This document shows, in pieces, positions 53,517-62,377 of a DNA stretch of 64,000 nucleotides; within the stretch, counting starts at the first letter, position 1; every line of letters starts with the position of its first letter. This DNA comes from an uncultured virus (IMG/VR IMGVR_UViG_3300029258_003428) (taxonomy: Duplodnaviria > Heunggongvirae > Uroviricota > Caudoviricetes). Made by a program: the position numbers and the translations under genes. The DNA lies in the IMG/VR virus record IMGVR_UViG_3300029258_003428; one strand, written 5' to 3'. The notes under the pieces were generated by a model. That model saw only the letters and a list, made by a program, of their open reading frames with translations, was not told the origin of the DNA and searched no databases.

Positions 53517-53714
53517 ATGGTGACCAAGAAGAAGACAACGAAGAAGTCGGCGAACGACAGGGTCAACCTGAAGCTACCGGCGGACTTGAAGAAGTGGATG
53601 TTTAAGTACGCGGAGAAACATGGAACAACAGTTACTCAAATGATCATAGATCACTTCGTGCGTGTTCGGAACACCGAGAGTAAGAAGCTATCGGGAGACG
53701 CGGAGCAGGTATGA
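53517..53714 (+). CDS. ribbon-helix-helix (Arc/CopG-like) regulator
   Basis: DRVNLKLPADLKKWMFKYAEKHGTTVTQMIIDHF. Confidence 0.7.
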   Translation: MVTKKKTTKKSANDRVNLKLPADLKKWMFKYAEKHGTTVTQMIIDHFVRVRNTESKKLSGDAEQV

Positions 53715-53868
53715 ATATGGGGCTGCACGAGGTCTGCGTAAATATCGTTAAGGCTTTTTATGACGATGCGGGCTTCGTGTTGACTCCCGCTGATGTCAGG
53801 CTTCTGGCCCAAAACATCTGCAGTGGGCTCTGGAAAGCAGTGATGGAGCCCTTTGAGGAGGAAGAGGA

Positions 53869-54702
53869 ATGGCCGACGTTAGAGGACTAGGCGATGATGC
53901 ACCGGCTGGTTGGGTGCTCGAGGAGTACACCACGCCGATGCCGAAGGGCCGCAAGGCGATCTTGGAGGAGGTTGGCAAGATCTTCCTGCTGGGTAAGGTG
54001 CAGTCCATTCGTCTCGAGGTGGGAAAACCCATCGCATACACGATGTTCATCAAGGAGGACGAGGCAACTCAGCGTCGCTTTGAGGAGCAGGCTGGCGGGA
54101 TGACCGTCGGGGAAGTGGCGCGAAACATCGAGATGATCGAATACGAGGGAGATCTTGGCGAGGCTCGTCTGCACAGCGTGGCCTTGATCAGGATGTTCCT
54201 CTCCATTTCCGCCAGGGGTCTTTTTTTAACTCACATCGGCGTAGGCATGGAGAGCCGGTTCTTCGACTGGATTGACATGGACAAGCTGATGTTCGGCGGC
54301 ATCGAGAGTTTCGCTGGAGCGCGATTGATCTACGACAAGAACCTACCAGACGATGCGTTGATCCTTTTTGGTGGTCCACACCCAGGCGGCCGGACGGACC
54401 AAATCACTTTCGCAGTCAAGTGCCATTTGTTCTCCGAGGAGGACATTGAGGAGGTAACCGATGAGCAAGATCACAAACAAGCTGCTGGAAGCGGGGATCG
54501 TCCCGGAGAACGGAGTGAAGCAGATGGAGCAGTGGAGGACGATTCCCCAGGGCTCGTCAAAGAAAATCGGCGAGTTCAGCCGCGAAAAGGTCGACGCCCT
54601 GCGCGAGGACCTCGAGCTGCAGCAGCTCCCTCAGCTTCACGAGACAGTGATGGACGCGGACAAGATCGTCGAGAAGGGAAGAGTGGTGACGCTTCTACGT
54701 GA
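53869..54702 (+). CDS. hypothetical protein
   Basis: GAGGAGG RBS; C-terminus overlaps the next gene. Confidence 0.55.
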   Translation: MADVRGLGDDAPAGWVLEEYTTPMPKGRKAILEEVGKIFLLGKVQSIRLEVGKPIAYTMFIKEDEATQRRFEEQAGGMTVGEVARNIEMIEYEGDLGEARLHSVALIRMFLSISARGLFLTHIGVGMESRFFDWIDMDKLMFGGIESFAGARLIYDKNLPDDALILFGGPHPGGRTDQITFAVKCHLFSEEDIEEVTDEQDHKQAAGSGDRPGERSEADGAVEDDSPGLVKENRRVQPRKGRRPARGPRAAAAPSASRDSDGRGQDRREGKSGDAST

Positions 54703-54976
54703 GCCCTTCAAGGTCGGGGTCCATGTAGGGGTCGATCGTATCGGTCGGTACATCGTTCCCATCCCGCGCGATCCAGACGACTACAAGGCAGTGGCCCCGC
54801 TCATGTCTCCGCTGACCAAGTTGTACGACGGGGCCTTGCCGGAGCCGCGTGATGCGCGGATGATCACCGCAGTTTCGGTCTTGTACGAAACGAAAGCTCG
54901 GGACGTATCGGTCCCCGCCTATTGGTTTTGCGAGACCGAGGCCGAGGGCGAAGAGAACGTCGTGAGGTACGGGTGA
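54461..54976 (+). CDS. hypothetical protein
   Basis: GAGGAGG RBS. Confidence 0.6.
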   Translation: MSKITNKLLEAGIVPENGVKQMEQWRTIPQGSSKKIGEFSREKVDALREDLELQQLPQLHETVMDADKIVEKGRVVTLLREPFKVGVHVGVDRIGRYIVPIPRDPDDYKAVAPLMSPLTKLYDGALPEPRDARMITAVSVLYETKARDVSVPAYWFCETEAEGEENVVRYG

Positions 54977-55350
54977 TGCCCAGGTGCTTCGTGTGCAACA
55001 AGAGAACCCCGCCGCCCCAGCTGCGAACCATCGGCTGGAACAACAGGGGCGTACCTGAAGATGAACTCGCCTGCCCGACCTGCAGGCGCAAACGACTGAC
55101 CCATGTGGTCAGCAAACAGGAGGTAACAGTCATGGCCAAGAACGAACAACCCAAGCCGATCTTCACGCTCGAGGTCTTCGAGAACGGCAAGGACGACTAC
55201 CGTGTCGTGATCAACGCCAAGGTAGGCGGTCTACGCCTCGAGGTGGACAAGACCGTGGAAGAGATCAGGGACTTCTTCACCAAGCGCAAGGAGCGCAGGT
55301 TGAAGGGCAAGGACGCTGAAGTTCGCAAGTTGAAGTCTGTGGAGTAGCCG

Positions 55351-55635
55351 ATGAGCTATCTGGTATGTGGTATCTACGACAAACGTCCGGAGGTGTGCCG
55401 GCAATATCCGAACCGCTACAGCTACATGCCAGATAGCTGTGGTTACTTCTTCAGCGACAAGCGGGAGGGGTGTTGCTATCTGGAGTGTCAGGCGGCTTGT
55501 TGTATGGAGCCGCGGGAGGGCGGAGAGCCGGGAGGGGCACCTCTGCCCGACATCGCCGGGGGCGAGCCATGCAAGTATCTCATTTCCGTGGATGAGCCGC
55601 CAGAGGGCGCTATAATCGAGAGGCCAGAGGAGTGA
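55351..55635 (+). CDS. YkgJ-like cysteine-cluster protein
   Basis: CGIYDKRPEVCRQYP...CYLECQAACC. Confidence 0.6.
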   Translation: MSYLVCGIYDKRPEVCRQYPNRYSYMPDSCGYFFSDKREGCCYLECQAACCMEPREGGEPGGAPLPDIAGGEPCKYLISVDEPPEGAIIERPEE

Positions 55636-56276
55636 TGGGACGCAAGCTCAGGAAGTTGTCCGAGGGTGAAGAAGTTGAGGTTCCTGCTTTCCTGCAGGAC
55701 GCGCGGGTCGTGGTAGTAGACACTGAGACGACGGGGTTCGACAGTAAGAGGGACAGGATCATTGAGATTGGAGCAATTTGGATCAACCGCGGTAGGGTCG
55801 TCACCGAGTTCGGTCGCATCTTGAATCCTGGACGAAGGCTGCCGCTGGACATCATGAAGCTGACGGGGATCACACAGAGCGAGGTGGATGCGGCAGACCC
55901 TTTCTGGAAGATCTCCAGTTTCGTGGTAGATCTTCTCGAGGCTCCATCCGTCATTGTGGCGTACAACAGTCCATTCGACATGGGTTTTTTGAAGAGCGAG
56001 ATCGAAAGGGCTGGGCGGGAAGTTCCACGCTTCGGTCCCGTTATCGATCCACTCAAGTGGACGCGGCACGAAGATCGAGGTAAGAGTTGCAAGCTGGGCG
56101 TTGCTGCGGCGAGGCGCGGCATCGAGGTAGAAGGAGCTCACCGGGCGGTGGACGACTGTAGGATCACTTTGGCGTTGATGAACACGCTCAAGTTCCCGAG
56201 CACCTTGTCTCAGACCATCGAAAATCAGAAGCACTTGAAGACCAACAACTATCGCAGACGCGGTGGTATAAGGTAG
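55632..56276 (+). CDS. DnaQ-like DEDDh 3'-5' exonuclease
   Basis: VVDTETTG, IIEIG, AYNSPFD, AHRAVDDC. Confidence 0.88.
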   Translation: MMGRKLRKLSEGEEVEVPAFLQDARVVVVDTETTGFDSKRDRIIEIGAIWINRGRVVTEFGRILNPGRRLPLDIMKLTGITQSEVDAADPFWKISSFVVDLLEAPSVIVAYNSPFDMGFLKSEIERAGREVPRFGPVIDPLKWTRHEDRGKSCKLGVAAARRGIEVEGAHRAVDDCRITLALMNTLKFPSTLSQTIENQKHLKTNNYRRRGGIR

Positions 56277-56305
56277 CCAACCGAAACCACTTAGCGGAGG
56301 AAGAA

Positions 56306-57130
56306 ATGCCAGGAGTAACTGAAGAGAACATCAAGCACTGGTTAAGGATGGACATACCGAAGGAGCTGTTGGAGGCGTTGGACGCATCGAGGAAGCTGGG
56401 CGGGTCATACATAGAGGACCTGCTCAAGAAGGGGATCTATAGGTTGGAGGAGATGTACGGCGACCAGGCGGAGCTCAACCTGGACTCGGTGATCGCAGAG
56501 GCGATCCAGAGCTTCACGGAGAAGCAGAGGAAGACCTCCGAGAACAGGTCCTCCCTGGACGACGCGAAGCGGACGACGGAGACGGTGGACAAGCAGGAGG
56601 TCGAGGTCGTCGTGAAACACGAGGTGGACGGGGAATCCTTCGAGCGGCGGTACTTGCTTGATCAGGCTTCCATCAATCAAAACAGGCAGTACAGCAAGGA
56701 GTACGACGAAAATGGCAGATGTGCGGACATCGTGCCGGTCGGAAAGCCATACCTCGTGGTGACTGGTGTAGTGGTCGGGGGGAGTAACTCCCCGGCTAAA
56801 GATCTGCAAGTGTGCGCGGACAAGATCAAAGATCTGCAAGTGTACGCGGACAAGATCGCAGACCGGCTAAGTCTGGAGGTCACGTGGTGCGGAAGGACCA
56901 TGGCAACGCTGGAGATAGACGAGAGGACACTGGTAGCGGGAGACAAGCCAGTCGACGAGCTCGTCGCCGGCTTTTGCGATCGAGCGGCGCGGGAGATCAA
57001 CATACCGAACGTGTCGGCGAAGGACATCCACAGGGAACTCTCGCTCGCTGTCGGATCGCGCTACGAAGAAATCGCTGCCCAGTCACCGGTAAACGAGTCC
57101 CCAGCGTCAGAAAGATCAAGCGAAAGCTAG
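56306..57130 (+). CDS. hypothetical protein
   Basis: GGAGG RBS; GGTATAAG motif at 56265-56272. Confidence 0.6.
   Translation: MPGVTEENIKHWLRMDIPKELLEALDASRKLGGSYIEDLLKKGIYRLEEMYGDQAELNLDSVIAEAIQSFTEKQRKTSENRSSLDDAKRTTETVDKQEVEVVVKHEVDGESFERRYLLDQASINQNRQYSKEYDENGRCADIVPVGKPYLVVTGVVVGGSNSPAKDLQVCADKIKDLQVYADKIADRLSLEVTWCGRTMATLEIDERTLVAGDKPVDELVAGFCDRAAREINIPNVSAKDIHRELSLAVGSRYEEIAAQSPVNESPASERSSES
56798..56857 (+). repeat. 30-bp in-frame tandem duplication
   Basis: AAAGATCTGCAAGTGT(G/A)CGCGGACAAGATC twice, one mismatch. Confidence 0.9.
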
Positions 57131-57698
57131 ACGGGAGGATCAAGGTATGGATGGGGTTCCCACGGGACTGGCTTCCGGATGTCGCGCAAGTGATCGCAGA
57201 GGTTCTGCACGAGAACGCTCTGCGGCGCGGCATACCGGAGACCGTTCGACGATCGGAAATCGTTCTGGAGGGAAGGAATCCGTTGTTGATGTCCTCGACA
57301 CACACGACCACCATGAAAGATGGGGCAAAGATCCCTACGTGGCGGGGCAAGAAGTTCGAGGGCAGGGAGTCGCTGAAACAAGCGATCTCGGACCTGATGG
57401 ATGGCGTAGATGAAGATGACGGTAGAGGTGCTTTTGGGAATCCAGCTGGAAGATTCCGGTACGATGCTTTCGCCAAAGAATTTGCGGCCATCGGGGCGGG
57501 TGTACGCAACGAAGATGGCGTTCAAGGCGTTGTGCAAGATTCTGCACGAGAAATACGGGATTGGACTGGACGTGGTGAGTCAGTCGGCCGAGGCCGCATC
57601 ATCGATGTGCAGTATGATCGCCAACGGGGACATGGACTGGGAAGAGAACAACCTGATTCGAAAGAAGCGCGAGATGCTTCGCAGGAGGACAAGGAAAA

Positions 57699-58364
57699 AT
57701 GCAAGCCTGGATAGAGATGATCAAACAAAATAAGGTCACATTCGTCATTGGTGGGCTGATCGTCATTCTGGCCATTGGCGGTGTCATCTACGGCATTGCC
57801 ACGAAGGCCGGGGATGAAGGGTTTCACGCGGCGGCGGACGGGACAGTCCTGAAGTGGGACCGCTCGGCCCTGCCGCTGACTTGCTTTCACGACACATTCC
57901 CCAATGAGGAGCACCAGGCTGCGCTGAAGGAGGCGATCGGGAAGATCTCCAAGGCTGGGATATCGGCGTTCATGCCGTGCCAGCCTTGGATGGTCTCCGA
58001 TCCCTTCCCCACAAAGCACGTCAAAAACACGGTCTTGATCAAGGTTGGCGCTCCGCCGGAGCCAGAACGAGAAGTGGTGGTCACTTCTCCGTTCGAACCG
58101 AAGCACGGGGCGTCCACATTTTTAGCTCATGTCAAGGGAAAAGGGATCTACGGCGCGATCGTTTATATCATGCCAGACCTTGATAAGAAGCTGTACGGTA
58201 GGGTCTACCTGCACGAGCTTTTGCACGCCCTGGGCTTGACACACGACCGTGTTCGCGATTCGATTATGTATCCGACAGCAGCAGAGAGGGCCACCGACCT
58301 GTCCAGTAAGGACACTAAACTACTGCTGAAAACCTACGGAGAGCGGAACGATGAGCCTAGCTGA
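57699..58364 (+). CDS. membrane-anchored matrixin/metzincin-type metalloprotease
   Basis: N-terminal TM helix; HELLHALGLTH and Met-turn SIMYP. Confidence 0.8.
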   Translation: MQAWIEMIKQNKVTFVIGGLIVILAIGGVIYGIATKAGDEGFHAAADGTVLKWDRSALPLTCFHDTFPNEEHQAALKEAIGKISKAGISAFMPCQPWMVSDPFPTKHVKNTVLIKVGAPPEPEREVVVTSPFEPKHGASTFLAHVKGKGIYGAIVYIMPDLDKKLYGRVYLHELLHALGLTHDRVRDSIMYPTAAERATDLSSKDTKLLLKTYGERNDEPS

Positions 58365-58824
58365 TCAAATCTGCAGCACATTCGGCGCATTGAAGGTCAA
58401 CCCGACGAGTAAACCCGCGGTGATCAAAGCCGTCCAGGGCGATACCAGGCTGCACGTATCTGTGCGCGTCGATCCAAAGAAGCTGAAGCCGTGGTTGGCC
58501 GCGATGGAGTACGTCTTGAAGAACAAGCAGGGGTGGGATGTTCACCTCTGCAAGCAGTACTTCATTCGAGGCGGCAAGATCATGTACGCCTGGAACTTCA
58601 TCGCGCAGTGGGCGTCGGAGGACATTTCAGAGCAGGTTCTCACAAACATGCTCGAGGTGCTCAAGTTCGCCGCGCGCAATATGCCGAAGGTCGTGCACCA
58701 GATAACAGAGTATCCGCTGGCTGGGGCTGGAGACGATCGAAACAAGCCCGAGGGGTCCATGAACCCAAAGGCCAGCGGATACAAGCAGCGTGGGGCACAC
58801 CCCATCAGGCTGGGAAGGAAGTGA
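58351..58824 (+). CDS. hypothetical protein
   Basis: Overlapping operonic ORF. Confidence 0.6.
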   Translation: MSLADQICSTFGALKVNPTSKPAVIKAVQGDTRLHVSVRVDPKKLKPWLAAMEYVLKNKQGWDVHLCKQYFIRGGKIMYAWNFIAQWASEDISEQVLTNMLEVLKFAARNMPKVVHQITEYPLAGAGDDRNKPEGSMNPKASGYKQRGAHPIRLGRK

Positions 58825-58828
58825 TCTA

Positions 58829-59542
58829 ATGACTGAGTTCGGGCCGGAAACCAGTCTTCAGTATCAGAAGGACCTCTACGACAGGGAGAAGCGTGGAGAG
58901 ACCATCGAGCCCCTGAGCGGGGAGGAGCTCGAGCGGGTCCAGAAATCGATTGAGGCAATGTCGAAGCTCCTCGCTGACGACTCGATTATCGCCAAGTACA
59001 AGCTCGAGGTTCAGTTCGGGAAGAATCGGACATCCAAGGGCTTCCCCTTCGCCGGTGTCTTGTCTTGTTGGGTGTCTGGATCTAAGCTTCACGGCGGTGG
59101 GGACGAGAAGATGTACGAGTGCCCCAACAAGCAGTGCAGGGCGTGGATTTTGCCATCAGACTTAGGACACAGCGTGGTCAAGGACGAGAAAGGGAACCCC
59201 AGTGAGGTTCCTGTGGGGTACTGCGGCGGATGCGGATCGGTCTGGCCGGCAGAGCAGTTGATTGGAGAGCGATTCCTCAAACTGACGGAGCAGCATTGGG
59301 CGCAGGCCATTCTGCAGATCTTCGTGCGCCTGGAGATGAATGCCGACATCTACTTGAAGTACAGCCCAGAGGACGTGCGCTACAAGGCAATGATGGAGAT
59401 GGCTCGCAATCGCGGTGGAGAAGAAATCGCCAAGGCTCGACGCCTAAGAGGGCTGAATATCTACCCACTCCGCAACATCATCAAAGACACGAAGCACGGA
59501 GCTCCGTTGTATGGTAGGATCAGAGCCTTCATCAACGCATGA
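58829..59542 (+). CDS. hypothetical protein with Zn-ribbon insert
   Basis: CPNKQC...CGGC. Confidence 0.65.
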   Translation: MTEFGPETSLQYQKDLYDREKRGETIEPLSGEELERVQKSIEAMSKLLADDSIIAKYKLEVQFGKNRTSKGFPFAGVLSCWVSGSKLHGGGDEKMYECPNKQCRAWILPSDLGHSVVKDEKGNPSEVPVGYCGGCGSVWPAEQLIGERFLKLTEQHWAQAILQIFVRLEMNADIYLKYSPEDVRYKAMMEMARNRGGEEIAKARRLRGLNIYPLRNIIKDTKHGAPLYGRIRAFINA

Positions 59543-59910
59543 CCGAACCAAAGACCATAGGAGATCTCCTGGAGTTGTTCGCTCTCACAGAGCAGGAGAA
59601 CTCCGTGTGGGGTGAGGTGGAGAGATTCCTTGACACATTTATCTCCACCGATACTTACCAGCCGTCCAAGGGTATAGCCACCGTTGTTGGAGACGGAGTC
59701 GTACCTGAGGACACAATCGTCCTCGTACGCGATAAGGTCCAAGATATCAGGACCGTGTTGAGCAGAGAGATCGAGCGGACCAAAAAGAAACCCATCAGTG
59801 CCTCGCCCAAAAAGAAGGCGACGGGCCGGAAAGCACCGAAGCGGAGCAAGCTAAATGTCAAAAAGAAAAAGCAAACCAAAAAGAAACGCAAAACCTCTGA
59901 CCGCGCGTAA
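59539..59910 (+). CDS. hypothetical protein with Lys-rich tail
   Basis: ATGA overlap. Confidence 0.55.
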   Translation: MTEPKTIGDLLELFALTEQENSVWGEVERFLDTFISTDTYQPSKGIATVVGDGVVPEDTIVLVRDKVQDIRTVLSREIERTKKKPISASPKKKATGRKAPKRSKLNVKKKKQTKKKRKTSDRA

Positions 59911-60937
59911 GAAGGTTCTGCAGAGTAATGTACACCTCCAGCAGACCATCTCGGAAATGGTGAGGGATTTCGACGCCCGGCGGAATGAGACCGAGAAGCG
60001 CATTTCTGAAAGCAACCAGCAGCTCTGGCGCAACCAGCAGGAGCAGAACGAGGGCCTGCGCATCGCTGAGAAACACGCAATGATCCAGCGACGTGTCTTC
60101 AATGATGCATTGGCTGGGTGCACGCGCGTCACGAGCATCGAGCGGAAGATCCAGGAGGGATCGGACGAGGTGGAAGAGGTCCAGGTCATCGACTGGGACT
60201 GGTACGCCGAGCAGTTGATCAACAGCGCCGATTATAACGACTTCATCGTTGGCGTCCTGGTTCCGGAGGAGACCGTGAAGCAGAAGACCGAGCAGCGGTC
60301 TCAGCGCGCTCGTGCGCAGGTCCTGCACTACTGTGTCTCCAAGGCCCTGGCCAAGGATGAGGCAAAGCTCAGAGAGGCGCTGGAGGGGGATGGCCTGGAA
60401 GGTCTGCTCAAGGACTTCATGCCCAACGGCGTGGATTGGACGGACGAGATGAGTCTCGAGATGGAGGACATTGCCAAGGCCGGTCTGATGCTTTGGGAGC
60501 AGAAGAAGCAGGAAGCCATCAAACGGGCCAAGAAGGTCAGGATCCACAGCGCCATCGATAAGCTGGTCAGGGTTATGCCAGACGAGTCCATCAGGAAGAC
60601 GGCAGATCGCATCGAGGCTGGAGAGCCCATCCTGAAGGATAAGGATGGGAACGAGATCGAGCTGAGCGATGAAGAGGCCAAGGAGGCCGCCGAATTGATG
60701 CGTTCCAAGATCAACGATCCCGAAGCCATCGAGAAGGCCAAGAATGAGCTGATGGAGGAGACGGCCGCTGTGGCCAAGATAGCCACAGAGGCCCAGGAAG
60801 CCATCGCCAAGGGGGACGCTGAGACGGCCGGTAGGAAGATGGCTGAGCTGGAAGAAAAGGTCGAGGAGGCCGAGGCCAAGGCCCCTGATGACCCAAACAA
60901 GCAGTTCCCGGAAGGGGCTTCGATCTTCGGAGGATAA
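59855..60937 (+). CDS. acidic coiled-coil protein
   Basis: 360-aa ORF, E/A/K-rich. Confidence 0.65.
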   Translation: MSKRKSKPKRNAKPLTARKKVLQSNVHLQQTISEMVRDFDARRNETEKRISESNQQLWRNQQEQNEGLRIAEKHAMIQRRVFNDALAGCTRVTSIERKIQEGSDEVEEVQVIDWDWYAEQLINSADYNDFIVGVLVPEETVKQKTEQRSQRARAQVLHYCVSKALAKDEAKLREALEGDGLEGLLKDFMPNGVDWTDEMSLEMEDIAKAGLMLWEQKKQEAIKRAKKVRIHSAIDKLVRVMPDESIRKTADRIEAGEPILKDKDGNEIELSDEEAKEAAELMRSKINDPEAIEKAKNELMEETAAVAKIATEAQEAIAKGDAETAGRKMAELEEKVEEAEAKAPDDPNKQFPEGASIFGG

Positions 60938-60938
60938 C

Positions 60939-61127
60939 ATGCCGCGTATCATCAGGGGGACAGCCGAGAAGAAGTACAACATCGTCAAGACCCAACATCG
61001 TTCAAACATCAACAAGATGCGTTGCCAGGGCTGCAGGTTGGGTTACGCAGAGCGTGTTCAGACGGCCGGCGGGTGGGTCTATCGTTGCAACCGGTGCGGC
61101 CGGGAGTACACTGTAGACAAGCTGTAG
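60939..61127 (+). CDS. small Zn-ribbon protein
   Basis: GGAGG RBS; CQGC...CNRC. Confidence 0.65.
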   Translation: MPRIIRGTAEKKYNIVKTQHRSNINKMRCQGCRLGYAERVQTAGGWVYRCNRCGREYTVDKL

Positions 61128-61133
61128 AACTAA

Positions 61134-61170
61134 AGAGAGGTCGGTCGTCCTCTCTAAACCCGAGGGGTTT
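61134..61170 (+). terminator. tandem hairpins at the end of the + strand gene run
   Basis: AGAGAGG/CCTCTCT and AAACCC/GGGTTT stems. Confidence 0.45.
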
Positions 61171-61235
61171 GGCTGATTGCGGTCTGGTCTTTACGTCACA
61201 GAGCACTCAAGTACCCACCTGATTAATCATTTTGT

Positions 61236-61266
61236 AGCTAAGAAAAGACAGCCCGGCCGGGCTGCC
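61236..61266 (-). terminator. intrinsic terminator closing the array transcript
   Basis: On -: GGCAGCCC-GGCC-GGGCTGTC hairpin followed by TTTTCTTAGCT. Confidence 0.8.
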
Positions 61267-61268
61267 TC

Positions 61269-62365
61269 AGGATGGCATGGATTGAGAAGGAGTGTCAGAG
61301 CGATCGGGTCTGGATCAGATCGTCGAACTGGTGGGGACCGGACCGCGTTGGGTTGTCGCCACGATCAGGTCTGGCAGGATATGGACTGTCGAGTTGGTTA
61401 GATAAGGGCTGTCGCGCCGTGACGGACTGCGCCGTGCGGAGGGGGGACGTCGACTAGGCGCGAGCGGGAGTGGTCAGGCATGGTTCGTCTGATCGCGGGG
61501 GACCGGGCAGGAGAAGGCTTGTCAGATCGAGAGGGATTGGCCTGTTCCAGCTCGTCGCGAAGGCTTGGCTTATCAGTTAGGCCCGGCCAGGTCTGTCAGC
61601 TGCGTGGTGCGTGAGGGCCGGATCGGGCATGTCGAATCGGATGACGACGAGGTGCGGGTGGGCCAGTCAGCTTGGGTGGGGTTGAGGAGCGACGGCATGG
61701 GATGTCGGCCGGGGCGGGCGTGAACTGGAGCGGGTTGTCGGCTTTGCCAGCACCGGCTCGCAACGGCTCGTAATGAATCGGACCGTCGAAGTGGATGGGC
61801 TAGGAGGGGAGAGGGGAGGCTTGTCAGCACGGGGTGAGGTGGATAGGTCAGGAATGTCGAGCAGTCTCGGCTGGTTTAGGGTTGGCTTGTCAGGCAGGAG
61901 CGGTCCGGTGTAGATCGGATTGTCCAGTCGGTTGGAACAGGCAAGGCATGTCGAGCAGGGAAGGCGCGGCTGATCTTGGCCCGTCGATTAGGATGGGTAG
62001 GGATTGGCTTGTCGGAATGGATCGAATGGGCTTGTCTATGCGGACGGGGACCGAGCGGACCAGGAGAGGTGAGTCGATCTGAAGTGGATGGGCGCGAACC
62101 GGAAGGGTCTGTCGAAAGGTTTGGGATGGGCGGGGACAAGACAGGTGCGTCAGAATGAGGGGGCTCGAGTGAGAGCGAGTGGGTGAGTCGACCCGGCTTG
62201 GTACGCGGTGGTCCGGCATGTCAGCTCGAGAGGAACCGGCTTGGTCTGTCGGACTGGTGTGGTGTGTATGGGACTGTCTCGTCGGGATCGGGTTGGTTTG
62301 ATTTGGCGAGGTGTGTCAGGAGGGTCTAAGGTGGGTGGGACCGTGTTGGCTTGTACGGGATAGTC
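61269..62365 (-). ncRNA. non-coding array of about 33 units, GAC-(NNN-CC)n; putative multi-guide precursor RNA
   Basis: On +, each unit is (GG-NNN)n-GTC; 28 of 33 units are exactly 5n+3 nt (18-48 nt); lies between the RAMP gene stop and a terminator; no credible ORF. Confidence 0.8.
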
Positions 62366-62377
62366 TCAGTGTCTTGT

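Noticed and set aside
59858..61015. Long antisense ORFs (also 468-1370, 26468-27511, 44735-45796)
   Set aside because: Shadow ORFs of GC-rich coding genes on the opposite strand
61177..62219. Short ORFs called across the array
   Set aside because: No RBSs, Gly/Arg/Pro-biased translations, and a 5-nt period that is incompatible with codon structure
61269..62365. Classical CRISPR array
   Set aside because: No repeated 20-40-bp direct repeat; only a 3-8-nt delimiter and periodic dinucleotides
61269..62365. G-quadruplex or telomere-like satellite as the sole explanation
   Set aside because: Does not explain the GTC delimiters, 5n+3 lengths, unique triplets or position between a RAMP stop and a terminator; the likely transcribed strand is C-rich
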